A stretch of 57,162 nt of DNA, taken from positions 1-57,162 of IMG/VR virus record IMGVR_UViG_3300001335_000513; one strand, 5' to 3'. Shown here piece after piece: positions 15,942 through 26,805 of the stretch. The stretch comes from a virus (Duplodnaviria; Caudoviricetes). Every line of letters begins with the position of its first letter. The first letter of the stretch is position 1. Position numbers and translations under genes: made by a program. The notes under the pieces are model-generated. The model was given only the letters and a program-made list of their open reading frames with translations. It did not search any database and was not told the origin of the DNA.

Positions 15942-17966
15942 ATGAGTGAATATTATTCTCCCATAATAAAGAAACGTAATTTTGACCCTTATCCTGTAAG
16001 AGGTAAGATTCCACATTTTGCCGATAGTTTGAATAATCCAGATTGTGTTAATACACCACTTTATCTTGAATGGTGGGAACAGCAATTTGATAGACTTTTG
16101 AATGGATACACGACAGGTGGTATTTGGATACCTGGACCATATTATTATTGGTTAAATTTCCAATTTCTGGAAGGACTCTATGGAAGTATAAGACCTGATT
16201 TTGTGGACACACAATACAGGTTTTTTTTATTAATGGATGAGGCCGAAAAAGACCCGAACTGTAGTGGTATTTTAGTTCCTAAAGCAAGACGTAAAGGTGT
16301 ATCCTTAATGGTTATTTCCCGGGCAAACCATGGAATGCGTTTCATTGACGATTATCGAATGGGAGTAGTTAGTGGTCTGGACACATGGGTTACTGGTTTC
16401 AGAAACAAACTTTACAAAAATTTTAATAATGTTCCACCAGAATTAATGGTGAATTGGTTGCGGAAGAACGATGACGAATTTCATATAGGATATCCTGAAA
16501 TAATAAACGGACAAAAAAGAGAAGTTTTAAATGCCTTATTGAATTTTAAAACTTTGCATGACCAAGCTGAGAAACTTGAAGGTGAGTATTTTCACCATAT
16601 TGTTATGGAAGAAACGGGTCATTTTGAAAAAGCACTTGAAGCACATGATTCTTTAAAGCCAGGGTTAATGATTGGAGATAAGGTCATTGGCGTTTTTTTT
16701 ATCTATGGTACCGGTGGAAACATGCTCAAAGGAAGCAAGGCATTTAAAACATTTTATAATTACCGAGATTCTTATCAATTAAAGTATTTCTTTATTCACG
16801 GTGCAAACTATTACTATCCATATTACCGAGGGGCGGTTGATGCAAAAGGTAATGCTTGTCATGATACTCCAAATTTAGACAAGGATTTTAAAGGATATAG
16901 GAAAGAGCAACTAATTGGTTGTGAGGATTTTAAGTATGCTGATGAAAAAATTGTAGAAGGTATTGCATTAAGGGCAAAAAATCCAGACAAAAAACAATTA
17001 ATAAAATGGAAGCAGTCATATCCAAGATGTTTGGATGATGTATTTAATTCTTCAGGGAGTAATCATTTCGATAATGATAAATTATATCAAAATCTTTTTG
17101 ATATTGATTCCAAACAAAATTTAACTTATGGTGAATATTGTTTAGATTGGGTAAAGGATAAAAATGGGGATATTAAAATTCCTTTTGAAGTGAAACCCAG
17201 ACCAGCAAGGTCTTCTGATAAAGATTGGCAAATCGTGAAAATTGCTTCGCATCCTACTGGATATAAAGACCTTGATATTGTCGGTGTGGATGGTTATAAC
17301 GAAGACAATACTTTAACAAGTTCTTCATTGGGTGCTGTGGTTGTTATAAGAAACCATAAAGATATTCCGGATGAAGATGGAAAGATTGGTTTAATACCAG
17401 TACTTTTATATTACAAAAGACCACCCAGGAAAGAATTATTTTGGGAAATGTCTTTAAAAATTAGTGTATACTATAAGGCTTTTAAGAACACTATGATTTC
17501 TGCTGAAAGTGATATGGTAATTCAGTATTATAAAGATACTGGTGCTAAAAAGTATTTATCACCAAGACCAAAAAGTTTTGATTCACCAGACAGCAAAATG
17601 CTTAATGATTATGGAGTTAAAATGACAGTATATTCGAAACCGAGGATGATGTCTATATTGCAATCGTATGTTGACGATTTTATTTATTTAAATGCATTTA
17701 AAGAAATTACTTACGATTTAATATCTTATGATGAAGAAAATATCGGTACTGACTGGGATTCTGCTGATGCATTAGCATATGCAATCATACGTATTATAGA
17801 CAGTAGGAGAAGACCCAAAATAGATGAAAACAGAAGAAAAGAAGCTGAGCATATGTCTATTTACGGTAAGGCAGAAAATAAGTCTGATGAATATGAAAAA
17901 GAAGAAAATAAAAAAGATATTGAATTAATAAAAGAAGAATTAAAATCTCACCTGGAAAGTTTCTAA
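15942..17966 (+). CDS. terL: terminase large subunit
   Basis: KARRKGVS Walker A, IVMEE Walker B, GTGG, VGVDG nuclease motif, D..DA; crAss-type GYT.GG..IPG.YY.WLNF. Confidence 0.92.
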   Translation: MSEYYSPIIKKRNFDPYPVRGKIPHFADSLNNPDCVNTPLYLEWWEQQFDRLLNGYTTGGIWIPGPYYYWLNFQFLEGLYGSIRPDFVDTQYRFFLLMDEAEKDPNCSGILVPKARRKGVSLMVISRANHGMRFIDDYRMGVVSGLDTWVTGFRNKLYKNFNNVPPELMVNWLRKNDDEFHIGYPEIINGQKREVLNALLNFKTLHDQAEKLEGEYFHHIVMEETGHFEKALEAHDSLKPGLMIGDKVIGVFFIYGTGGNMLKGSKAFKTFYNYRDSYQLKYFFIHGANYYYPYYRGAVDAKGNACHDTPNLDKDFKGYRKEQLIGCEDFKYADEKIVEGIALRAKNPDKKQLIKWKQSYPRCLDDVFNSSGSNHFDNDKLYQNLFDIDSKQNLTYGEYCLDWVKDKNGDIKIPFEVKPRPARSSDKDWQIVKIASHPTGYKDLDIVGVDGYNEDNTLTSSSLGAVVVIRNHKDIPDEDGKIGLIPVLLYYKRPPRKELFWEMSLKISVYYKAFKNTMISAESDMVIQYYKDTGAKKYLSPRPKSFDSPDSKMLNDYGVKMTVYSKPRMMSILQSYVDDFIYLNAFKEITYDLISYDEENIGTDWDSADALAYAIIRIIDSRRRPKIDENRRKEAEHMSIYGKAENKSDEYEKEENKKDIELIKEELKSHLESF

Positions 17967-18032
17967 ATTTGTCGAATACTTGACAATCAAATGAAAATTG
18001 TTTTTTTTTGTTATTAATAAATATATAAGAAA

Positions 18033-20198
18033 TTGAAAAATTTCCCAGAGATAGATGTATCTGAATCTAAAAAGGATGATAATTGGATAGCACAATACAT
18101 TGATGCTGCAATTGATTTTCATGAAAAGAATGCTTCAGACAGAGAAGTATTGTTTGAAAATATATACGATTCTTACAACGGAGTTCGTAAAAGCATTGGT
18201 AAGAATTACATAACAAAACGTTATGGGAAAGAAAGCAAAGTTCCTTTCATCAGGTATAATTATGGTCGGACAAAAACAAAAGTTCTTCTTGGTGAAATGC
18301 TTTCTTTAAAGTTTGATGGGCATATTGAAGCTTTAAATCCTCAAGCGAAGACGGAAAAATTACGCAATCGTGCTATTATGAAGGGTGCGATGTATGCAAA
18401 AAAGGAATTGATGGAAGTTCAAAAAGAAACTGGAATTGATGTATTAAACGGAGCAGAAATTCCAGAAGTAACTGATCCATTAGCAGAAGATAAAATAATG
18501 CCCAGGTTGGAAACCGAAAAATATCTTCAAATAATCTTGGAAGAAAAAATTGAAACAGAAAAAATTGTACAAAGAGCATTTGAACTTTTTACAGATTTGG
18601 TTTTAGTAAGTGAATGTCATGCAATTATAAAACGTAATTCGAATGACGTTGATACTTTGGAATTTATACCAAGTAAGAATGCAATATTTATGGAAACACC
18701 AAATGACCCATTTTGTGAAAGAAGTCCTTTCCATGGTCATAAGGAATACATGTACCTACACCAAATTTTAAGAAAATGGCCTAAATTAACTGATACTCAA
18801 ATAGAGGAAATAAAATCCTCTAACGATTTTGCTGAAAAAGATATAACAAAATCAATTGGTGGTGAAACTGCATATCCTGTATATTATATCGAATTTTTTT
18901 CTCCAAAACCCATATATACAAAAATAAGTCCTTCCGCAAACTCGAATGTACCATACCATCTAAATATAAAGCCTGAATGGTATGAATCCGATAAAAACAA
19001 AAATAAGATTAAAAAAGATGTTGAATCTGGTAAATATGGTTTTACTGTTCAATATGGAGAACAAATGTTTAAAGGTTATCGAATTGGACAAACAGTACAT
19101 ATTGACCTTGGAAGAAAAGAAAATGTTATTCAAAGAAACAAAATGGGTAAGTATCGTGCTGAAAGTGATTATATACACCTTCTGTTTGGTACAGTAAATA
19201 ACCTTCGAATTTCTATTCAGGAACTAATTTATAATTTGGATGAAGTTTATGATGTATTAATGTGGCAAATAGTACGTGAAATACGCAAACTAAAAGGTTC
19301 TGTTCTTGTCTATGACGAAGCCTTAACACCAAAAAATTCAAGTTTTTCGTCTGTTATGTTTGATATGACAGAAGAAGGGGTTGTAAAGGTGAATTCAATA
19401 GAAGAAGGAAACTATTATGCTCGTGATGTGCTTAATGCTGCAGAACTGGTAAAAAAACTTGACCTTGGACCTGGCACTACACTCAATGATTTGGTAAGTA
19501 TGAAAATAGCTATTGAAAAAACTATTGACAGAATTACGGGTGTAAATGAAGAAAGGGAAGGATTAAGTAGTTCATCTCAAACAGCTACCGGCACAATAGA
19601 AAACATTAATGCATCAAGAAATATTACAAAAGACATTTATTTCTTTTTAAATGAATTTATGGAAAAAAGTTTATTGAAACTTTTAGAAAAAACAAAATTA
19701 AATCGTAATTATCTTGAAAGATTATCTACAAAGTTTAAGTATGGCGATAATCTTGTAGAGTTCATGAAAATTTTAGATGAACTCCCTTTGACAGAAATTG
19801 GTTTGAAATTAACGGATGGAAAAGAGGTTGAAGATATAAAATCAAGAGTTCGTCATCTGTTCGCTCAAGAAATAAATTCTCAAAGTTTAAGAACGAAAGA
19901 TGTAATTGAATTTGAACTATCAAAAACCATTACACAGGGATTATCAGTACTTGACAAAGCATGGGAACTCACGCAAAGTGTCGCTAACAAACAGATGGAA
20001 GAAAAAAGCAAGTTACAGAATGAATCTCAACAATTCCAACTTGAACTTGCAAGGGAAGACAGAGAAGATCGTCAGGAACATGAGAAAGAATTATTGGCAA
20101 TGAAATTACAAGGGGATGCTTTTAAGACAACTACAAAATCTTTGAGTGATGAAAGGAAAATAGATTTGGAAGAAAAAAATATTAATCAACAAATTTAA
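18033..20198 (+). CDS. portal protein
   Basis: 721 aa directly after terL; ITGVNEEREG..SSQTATG motif and coiled-coil C-terminus. Confidence 0.85.
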   Translation: MKNFPEIDVSESKKDDNWIAQYIDAAIDFHEKNASDREVLFENIYDSYNGVRKSIGKNYITKRYGKESKVPFIRYNYGRTKTKVLLGEMLSLKFDGHIEALNPQAKTEKLRNRAIMKGAMYAKKELMEVQKETGIDVLNGAEIPEVTDPLAEDKIMPRLETEKYLQIILEEKIETEKIVQRAFELFTDLVLVSECHAIIKRNSNDVDTLEFIPSKNAIFMETPNDPFCERSPFHGHKEYMYLHQILRKWPKLTDTQIEEIKSSNDFAEKDITKSIGGETAYPVYYIEFFSPKPIYTKISPSANSNVPYHLNIKPEWYESDKNKNKIKKDVESGKYGFTVQYGEQMFKGYRIGQTVHIDLGRKENVIQRNKMGKYRAESDYIHLLFGTVNNLRISIQELIYNLDEVYDVLMWQIVREIRKLKGSVLVYDEALTPKNSSFSSVMFDMTEEGVVKVNSIEEGNYYARDVLNAAELVKKLDLGPGTTLNDLVSMKIAIEKTIDRITGVNEEREGLSSSSQTATGTIENINASRNITKDIYFFLNEFMEKSLLKLLEKTKLNRNYLERLSTKFKYGDNLVEFMKILDELPLTEIGLKLTDGKEVEDIKSRVRHLFAQEINSQSLRTKDVIEFELSKTITQGLSVLDKAWELTQSVANKQMEEKSKLQNESQQFQLELAREDREDRQEHEKELLAMKLQGDAFKTTTKSLSDERKIDLEEKNINQQI

Positions 20199-20210
20199 AA
20201 ACTGTGTGTT

Positions 20211-21395
20211 ATGGAACAAAATGAAAAATTAGACAATGACAATTTCGGACAAGCAATTGAAGAAGAAATTGGAATTTTTGATAATGAAAATAATACACCA
20301 ACAGGAGAAACAATTACTCCTTCAGGTGTAACTGGTGCGACTGGTGAAACTGGTAAATCTGATGTTACTGGTGTTACTACTAAAGGAACTACTGGTTTAA
20401 CCGGAAGTACTGCAGCTACATCTACTTCAGGACCTACAGGCCCAACTGGAGAAGAAGAAATAAAAGAAGAAGATGTATTCGCAGGTGCTACTTCTGCAAC
20501 AAGTGTAACAGGAGTTGCTGATACTGTAAAAAAAGGAGAGTTTGATTACCAATCGATTGCAAAAGAGATTGGAATTGAAATGACTAAGAATAATAAAGAA
20601 GAATTTATAAATGGAATTAAGAAAAGAATTGAGGATGCTTCAAAAAAAACAGAACTGGATTTAAGTTCATATAATCCAGAAACCAGGTCTTTTATTGAAG
20701 GTATAGAACAGCCCGATTCTTCTTTGTTAGAAATGATGAGTCCAATAACTGGACTTGACCATTACCTGGTTAATACAAATCCTGAACAAATTGTTACTGA
20801 TTATTTGATTGATGTTGAAAAATTAAATATATCAGATGCCCGTTCAAAGGTTGCTGACCTTATCTCTTCAGAAGAATTTGAAGATAAGTATAAGCAAATT
20901 ACCAACAGTTATAATAATCTTAAGTTAAGTATGACTAAAGATTTAATGACTAAAATACAAAAAGCTTCTGATTTGCGTAAGTCAGAAATGAATAACAATT
21001 TACAAAAAGAAAAGAACGAAATGATTGATGTAGTTAAGCAAACTGAAACTTTTCTTGGATTAAAAATTCCAGAAACAGTCAAGGCTAACTTAATTGCAGA
21101 GATAAATTCTGGTGTGTTGACAAAGGAAAACAACAATGCAAGAACACAGGTCAACGCAAGGTTGTTTAACCTTTATTCTCAAAACCTAAAAAAATATTAC
21201 GATTCTAAAATCAAAGAAGCTTCAAGGAAAGCTTACAATGAAGGAGCAACTTCAATAAAGAAAGATTTGCATAATGTTCCACCATCAGGTGAACATGGTG
21301 CTGCTTCTTCTACTGATTATTCTCGTAAAAATGAAGATGGTCCACTTGCTGGATTTTTAGGTATTGAAGATGAGATTGGGTTAGACGAGAAGTAA
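20211..21395 (+). CDS. acidic scaffold-like protein with G-x-T repeats
   Basis: Between portal and capsid genes; acidic and helical. Confidence 0.6.
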   Translation: MEQNEKLDNDNFGQAIEEEIGIFDNENNTPTGETITPSGVTGATGETGKSDVTGVTTKGTTGLTGSTAATSTSGPTGPTGEEEIKEEDVFAGATSATSVTGVADTVKKGEFDYQSIAKEIGIEMTKNNKEEFINGIKKRIEDASKKTELDLSSYNPETRSFIEGIEQPDSSLLEMMSPITGLDHYLVNTNPEQIVTDYLIDVEKLNISDARSKVADLISSEEFEDKYKQITNSYNNLKLSMTKDLMTKIQKASDLRKSEMNNNLQKEKNEMIDVVKQTETFLGLKIPETVKANLIAEINSGVLTKENNNARTQVNARLFNLYSQNLKKYYDSKIKEASRKAYNEGATSIKKDLHNVPPSGEHGAASSTDYSRKNEDGPLAGFLGIEDEIGLDEK

Positions 21396-21438
21396 AGCTG
21401 ATTGAGAGGTTAAATGTTTAATTTAATCTCTTAATAAA

Positions 21439-22959
21439 ATGGCAAAAATTCAAATTATTGAAGGTCGGTGGAATCGTGACTGTACTACCGAGTTGAACTT
21501 GACTAATGCTCAAGCAACCGATCCTTCTAAAGGTTATGACAAGGTTATCATGTACGCTGAAAAACGTTACTTAATGACCTTTCTGACTGCTGGTGCTACA
21601 AATGGTGCTTTTACTGTACCAAGAACTACAGAAACATATAAAACCCGTATTCCAAAAGTTCCGGAAGGTGAGCTGATTGATGGCAAAGCCTGGAAATATC
21701 ATATTATGGGAAGAATTCAAAAAGCTTCTGTTATCATAGGTACTGCAACAGTAGGTACTCCAACCGCAGGGTCAACAGCCCATGGCGGATTCTTTACACT
21801 CCAACTGAAAGATGACTATATCCAGCCGGATATGAACACAATCTTTTATAACGGAAAGATGGCTCGTGTTATGCGAGTAACACGTAATGTTGATGGAACA
21901 TTTAACTACACATTTCAATGTTTTCCTGGAGATACATTTTCATGGGATACATGGGTAGCACCACAGGTAGGAGAACGTACCTGTTTTGGTGGTTATACCA
22001 CCCACGGTGAACGCTCATTGCGTGGTTATGGCCGGGCTCACTATCCTGACCAGTTTATAAATCATATGACTATTCAGCGTAAAGGCTCAGCAATTACAGG
22101 TGATGCTAATGCTGAAAGAACATTGTGGTATGTACTTCAAAATTCAAAATCCGGAAAGTCTGCAAAAGGATGGACATATTGGATTGAAGCACAGGCCAGG
22201 GCTCAGTTCTTAATGGAAGATGAGTTTGAAAAATGGTGGGGAAAATCTACTATGAAAGATTCAGATGGAAATCTTTTGGCAACTCCTTCTATGGTAGACC
22301 CGGAAACAGGTATGCCCATAACCGCAGGTGATGGGTATATCGAACAAATCCGTGGCTCAAACGATGTTGAAGCATCTGGAACAGATGGATTACCAACTTA
22401 TGATGACTTCGCTGATATCGTAACAGATATGGAAAAACGTTCAGATTCTTCAGGTGGCAAGCTTTATTATGCTATTTGTGGAACCGATGGTATGAACCAT
22501 GCAAACGATGTTATTACTACCCGTGGTACGAGTGTATATAACATTACTCACAATATCAGCCAGGATGGAAAAATTGGTGGAGCCAGCCCTGCAATTGGCT
22601 TCAACTTTACAACTTTAAATGTTGCAGGAAACCAGATTGTTTTTGTTAAGAATCCTATGATGGATGACGAAATGAAATTCCCCAGGAGACTTACTAATGG
22701 TAAACTTGCTATGTCTTGCACATATTATTTTATGGATATGAGCCAAAACGAAACAGGTAAACCTAATGTTGAAATTCGTACTCGTGGCCGTGAAGGTGTT
22801 AACCGTAACATGGTATATTACTATGAAAATGGTATGACCGGTGAAGGAAAAGCACAGAACGCTGTAGACGGTAAAGAATTTCAGATGCTCAAGGAAAACA
22901 TGCTTGTTGTTTATAACACTAAATCATGTGGAATCCTTGAACCGCCAGCAACTGCTTAA
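21439..22959 (+). CDS. major capsid protein
   Basis: 506 aa in the crAss-type portal-X-MCP order; GERSLRG, NHMTIQRK, GDGYIEQI; followed by a terminator. Confidence 0.85.
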   Translation: MAKIQIIEGRWNRDCTTELNLTNAQATDPSKGYDKVIMYAEKRYLMTFLTAGATNGAFTVPRTTETYKTRIPKVPEGELIDGKAWKYHIMGRIQKASVIIGTATVGTPTAGSTAHGGFFTLQLKDDYIQPDMNTIFYNGKMARVMRVTRNVDGTFNYTFQCFPGDTFSWDTWVAPQVGERTCFGGYTTHGERSLRGYGRAHYPDQFINHMTIQRKGSAITGDANAERTLWYVLQNSKSGKSAKGWTYWIEAQARAQFLMEDEFEKWWGKSTMKDSDGNLLATPSMVDPETGMPITAGDGYIEQIRGSNDVEASGTDGLPTYDDFADIVTDMEKRSDSSGGKLYYAICGTDGMNHANDVITTRGTSVYNITHNISQDGKIGGASPAIGFNFTTLNVAGNQIVFVKNPMMDDEMKFPRRLTNGKLAMSCTYYFMDMSQNETGKPNVEIRTRGREGVNRNMVYYYENGMTGEGKAQNAVDGKEFQMLKENMLVVYNTKSCGILEPPATA

Positions 22960-22963
22960 TAAC

Positions 22964-22989
22964 AGGGGGATTGTGTATCCCCCTTTTTA
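22964..22989 (+). terminator. intrinsic terminator
   Basis: AGGGGGAT/ATCCCCCT stem plus T tract. Confidence 0.85.
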
Positions 22990-23011
22990 TAAACCTTTTA
23001 AAAAACAAAAA

Positions 23012-23978
23012 AATGAGTGTGTTATTTAAAACAGAAGAGGACCGGATGAACGTGCCAACCATAGAATATGGTGACCAGTTTAAAATTAAGGTCGCTGACC
23101 TTGATGAAATGGTAAAAATCCTTCGTGAAGAACGTAAAGCGAGAGGTGCTAATAATCTTATTGAGATTAAAGCAATTCGAACAAAACGTGAAAAGGAAAT
23201 GAGTAAAGTCATTAAATACTCCAAAGACCCCATTAGTGGAATTTATTATGGAATAGTGGTACGTATTTATGATGATGGAAATGTAAAATGGCGAGGTATA
23301 TATCTTGCTGATTACAACACTTTCAATTTGGACAAGGATTTTGAGGCAAAATGTTACATTGTTTTATCAATGCATCCAAGTTTGAAAGGATGTCCGATAA
23401 ACACATCAGTAGACCCCGAGTTTGAGATTATCGACCCGGACGAAATTGCAATGAGAAGTTACAGTAAGGCAATGCTAATTAAACAAGCTTTGCAAAAAGT
23501 TTCAACAATGAACAAAGATTCAATTGAACCCTTTGCAAGGTATTTAGAACTGCCCGTTGGTCGTGAAACTACTGTAAAAATGATTCGTAACATGATTGCT
23601 GACATGGCAATTTTAAACCCAGGAAAAGTTATCAATGCATTTGAAGATCGTAACAGACCTTTGTTTGAAATGATAGCTATGGCAAAAAAAGTTGGTGTTA
23701 TCAGATATGATGTTGAAAGAGGACACATATTTGCAGACCATTTTATAGGATGGACTGCTCCAGAAGCTGCACGAGTTCTTGAACAGGATGAAATTATGCT
23801 GGCAAGAATTCGTAATAAACTTCAGGAAAAAGATGTTGTTTTGTATTCAACAGACAATGATGATGATGCAACTGAACCGGTAAAAGAATCTGCTGAAGAT
23901 GAAATCTCACAAGATGAATTTGATGCAGAAAACGAAGAACCAATTCAAAAACCGAAAGGTAAAAGAAATAAAAAATAA
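23012..23978 (+). CDS. head-module protein (start likely ATG 23012)
   Basis: Follows MCP; the TTG at 22971 lies inside the terminator. Confidence 0.65.
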
Positions 23979-23995
23979 TTTAAAAATCAGCAATA

Positions 23996-24859
23996 ATGAA
24001 CATCTTACAGCTTCATCACAAGGTAACATTCTTCCTGGACAGTGTTAACTCACCAAGATTTAACACTTTTAAAAAGGATGAATCATTAAACACAGCTATA
24101 ATGGATATCATACTTGACAGGTATGATAACATTCGTAAAGCACAAAAGGATTATGCATTTCAGACTTCACAAAGATTAAGAGATGAATTGTATACTCTGG
24201 TAAAAAAACAAAGCAACTTAAGTGCTTCAGGTGGAATAATACCTAAGACGAATTTTCCGTCAGATTATATGCTTTTATTGAGTATGAAAGCAAATATTTC
24301 CGGAACATGGATTAATACTATTCCTGTTACGTATGATGAATACAACATTCTTGAACTCAATCCTTATACTTACCCTTCGATTGAATATCCTGAACGAATT
24401 TACAGGATTGAAAGTCAACAAGGTGTAGAAATTCGTTTTGGTGATGTTGGAACATTAATAGCTGCTGAAATCTTTTACCTGGCAAGACCGGCAAGAGTAT
24501 CTATAGGTACTACTTTAGATTCTACCAGCCCTACAATTTATAAAACTGCAGTACCAGAAATTATAGCTTATACTGACGGTATTTTAAGGTTAGTAATGGG
24601 TGGTGGTGGTGGTGGTGCTACAGATGATCTTGGAGACAAATCAATTAAAAAGGGAGAGAAATATATAATAGGTACATACAGTGAAGTAGGAGTACAAATC
24701 ATAAGTGGAATTTTTGCTTATGATTACACTGAATGTGATCTTCCCGAAGTTCTCCATGAAGAGATATGCCGGAAAGCTGCCCAAGTTCTTAGCGGTAATG
24801 TAGAAAACTACAATCGCAGCCAGTCGTTAACAAATGACATCAAGAACAACGAAAATTAG
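23996..24859 (+). CDS. tail ring/adaptor-type virion protein
   Basis: RDELYTLVK and ECDLPEVLHEEIC..AAQ motifs typical of crAss ring proteins. Confidence 0.65.
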   Translation: MNILQLHHKVTFFLDSVNSPRFNTFKKDESLNTAIMDIILDRYDNIRKAQKDYAFQTSQRLRDELYTLVKKQSNLSASGGIIPKTNFPSDYMLLLSMKANISGTWINTIPVTYDEYNILELNPYTYPSIEYPERIYRIESQQGVEIRFGDVGTLIAAEIFYLARPARVSIGTTLDSTSPTIYKTAVPEIIAYTDGILRLVMGGGGGGATDDLGDKSIKKGEKYIIGTYSEVGVQIISGIFAYDYTECDLPEVLHEEICRKAAQVLSGNVENYNRSQSLTNDIKNNEN

Positions 24860-24904
24860 CGGAAAATCCGCTTTTATAATTAATAACTTTAAATTTTAAC
24901 AAAA

Positions 24905-26077
24905 ATGGATGTAAACAATGTGATTATCAGAAAAGGCATCATCAACACTCTGCAAGCAACTGGTCGCAATGTGCTGAATGTAGCAGCAGTAGACCCAAAT
25001 TTTGCAGGAGAGTGCATTGTCGTAGCTGACAACACAGCAACTCCACCGGTAGAAATACTTCCACCCTTTCCTAAAGACAGGGTTGCAAGTGTTCATTACC
25101 ATTCTTCACAAGCTGAAGTTGTGCAAAAAGCACTAATTGGCAGAACTGTAGAAGTTGTTGTTGCCTCAACGACTTACCAAATTATGATTGGTAATTCTTT
25201 GGAAAAAGATGAAACGGCAAGAAAAAATCTTGGTCGTTACACCTATGTTGCTCCTGCCACCTTAACCGGTACAGCAGCAACAGACCGTTCAAACATGTAT
25301 ACAGCACTGAACACAAAAATCAATGCTGACTCCAAAAATCATGTAACCTCTCATTTGGTTCATTCTGTAGCATTTACAACTGGTTCTGTTGCATTACCAG
25401 TTATAGGTGAAGTGTTTACCCAAGATACTTCAGGCGCAACATTCGTGTTGGTCGGTATTGATGTAACTTCAGGTAACTTTACAGCCACAACTGCAGCCGG
25501 TACTTTGTATTTAAGAAGTGTAACGGGTACCTGGAGTGCCGCATCGTTGGTATCTACAGGTGTTTCTACAGCAGAAGTAACTACAAATGCTGCACTTACT
25601 CAAAACCAGGGATTGGAAATCATTGATGATGCCAACTATTATCCCCCAAGACCTATGCTTCGTAGAGGAATCAGTACGATTCTTCTGACAAAAGGTTTTG
25701 CAACTGCCCAGAGTGAAATTGGCATTGCTACCTTAGCAGTTGGCACGACCGGTGTATTGGCTGGCATAAATGGTGTATACAGCCGTGGTATCGGGAGCAG
25801 AATGCTTCAGGATGTTCCTTCTTATTCACCCGACAAGGTTTTTCTTAACGAAGGTGAAGGAGATTTCATTTTGAATGCACTTCCTGATGCAGCTAAAACC
25901 TATCGTACTTATGTAATAACTTTAAATGCAGAACCTGCAGAAAAGCTTTTGACCAATTACAAGAAAGGCGACATTCAAAGGTTTATCCTTTATACTGATG
26001 AGTCAAACTTTGGGTACTTGACCTACTTCAATACTGCATTGCAGACAGCTTCAGGCGTAACCATTGTTGGTGCGTAA
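24905..26077 (+). CDS. virion structural protein, auxiliary capsid or decoration-like
   Basis: Thr/Ala/Val-rich, MCP-like codon usage, own terminator. Confidence 0.6.
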   Translation: MDVNNVIIRKGIINTLQATGRNVLNVAAVDPNFAGECIVVADNTATPPVEILPPFPKDRVASVHYHSSQAEVVQKALIGRTVEVVVASTTYQIMIGNSLEKDETARKNLGRYTYVAPATLTGTAATDRSNMYTALNTKINADSKNHVTSHLVHSVAFTTGSVALPVIGEVFTQDTSGATFVLVGIDVTSGNFTATTAAGTLYLRSVTGTWSAASLVSTGVSTAEVTTNAALTQNQGLEIIDDANYYPPRPMLRRGISTILLTKGFATAQSEIGIATLAVGTTGVLAGINGVYSRGIGSRMLQDVPSYSPDKVFLNEGEGDFILNALPDAAKTYRTYVITLNAEPAEKLLTNYKKGDIQRFILYTDESNFGYLTYFNTALQTASGVTIVGA

Positions 26078-26086
26078 TCAACACTC

Positions 26087-26118
26087 AAAAATCCCCGGGT
26101 TTATCCCGGGGGTTTTTT
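26087..26118 (+). terminator. intrinsic terminator
   Basis: CCCCGGG-tttat-CCCGGGG plus T6. Confidence 0.85.
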
Positions 26119-26204
26119 CCCAAATCTGAATTATTTCGTTGACTTAATTGTGTAAAAATGTGTGGAACAGATAACATAAATTTTTGCTACAAAAAGATAA
26201 AAAA

Positions 26205-26805
26205 TATGAACTTCATTATGAATCCATTTGGTTTTGAAGGCATGAAAGATTTTTTTTCATCAGCATTCAGATATAATGAGTTGGAAGTTACATTTCCTGT
26301 AACATTAATAATTGGCTCAATAAATTTTTATGTATTCAATTATTTTGGTATTCAATTTATGGAAATGATAGCTTTAATTGTTTTATTTATACTCGAAATA
26401 ATATCTGGGATTTGGGCTTCAAACGTAAACTTTATTGAATATAAAAATAAACTTGATAAAAACAGAGCGAATTTAAGTGAAGCGGAATGTTGTGAATTGC
26501 AGTATAAAATTGATAAATATAAATTTTCTTCTTCAAAACTCAAAAGAGCAGGAGCAGTAATGGGTTTTTGGTTAATAATATTATTTATTGTTCATCAGTT
26601 TTCTCTTGATAGTAAAGGGACTGTAAGTACAGTATTTAATAATGCTCACTTTGTATTCTTATCTTACATCATTTCCATTTATATTGTTTCTGTTATTGAA
26701 AATGCAATGGTGATAAGTGGAACAAAAGATAAATATTTACCACTGAAAAATGTAATTAAAAATATTTTCATAAAAAATAATAAGGATGAAAAACCTGATA
26801 AATAA
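26205..26805 (+). CDS. holin-like membrane protein
   Basis: Four TM-like segments; ILEIISGIWAS, FSSSKL and SVIENA resemble the phage holin 4 family. Confidence 0.6.

Noticed and set aside
24598-24615. (GGT)n run as a phase-variation tract
   Set aside because: In-frame triplet run encoding a Gly linker; length change would not shift the frame
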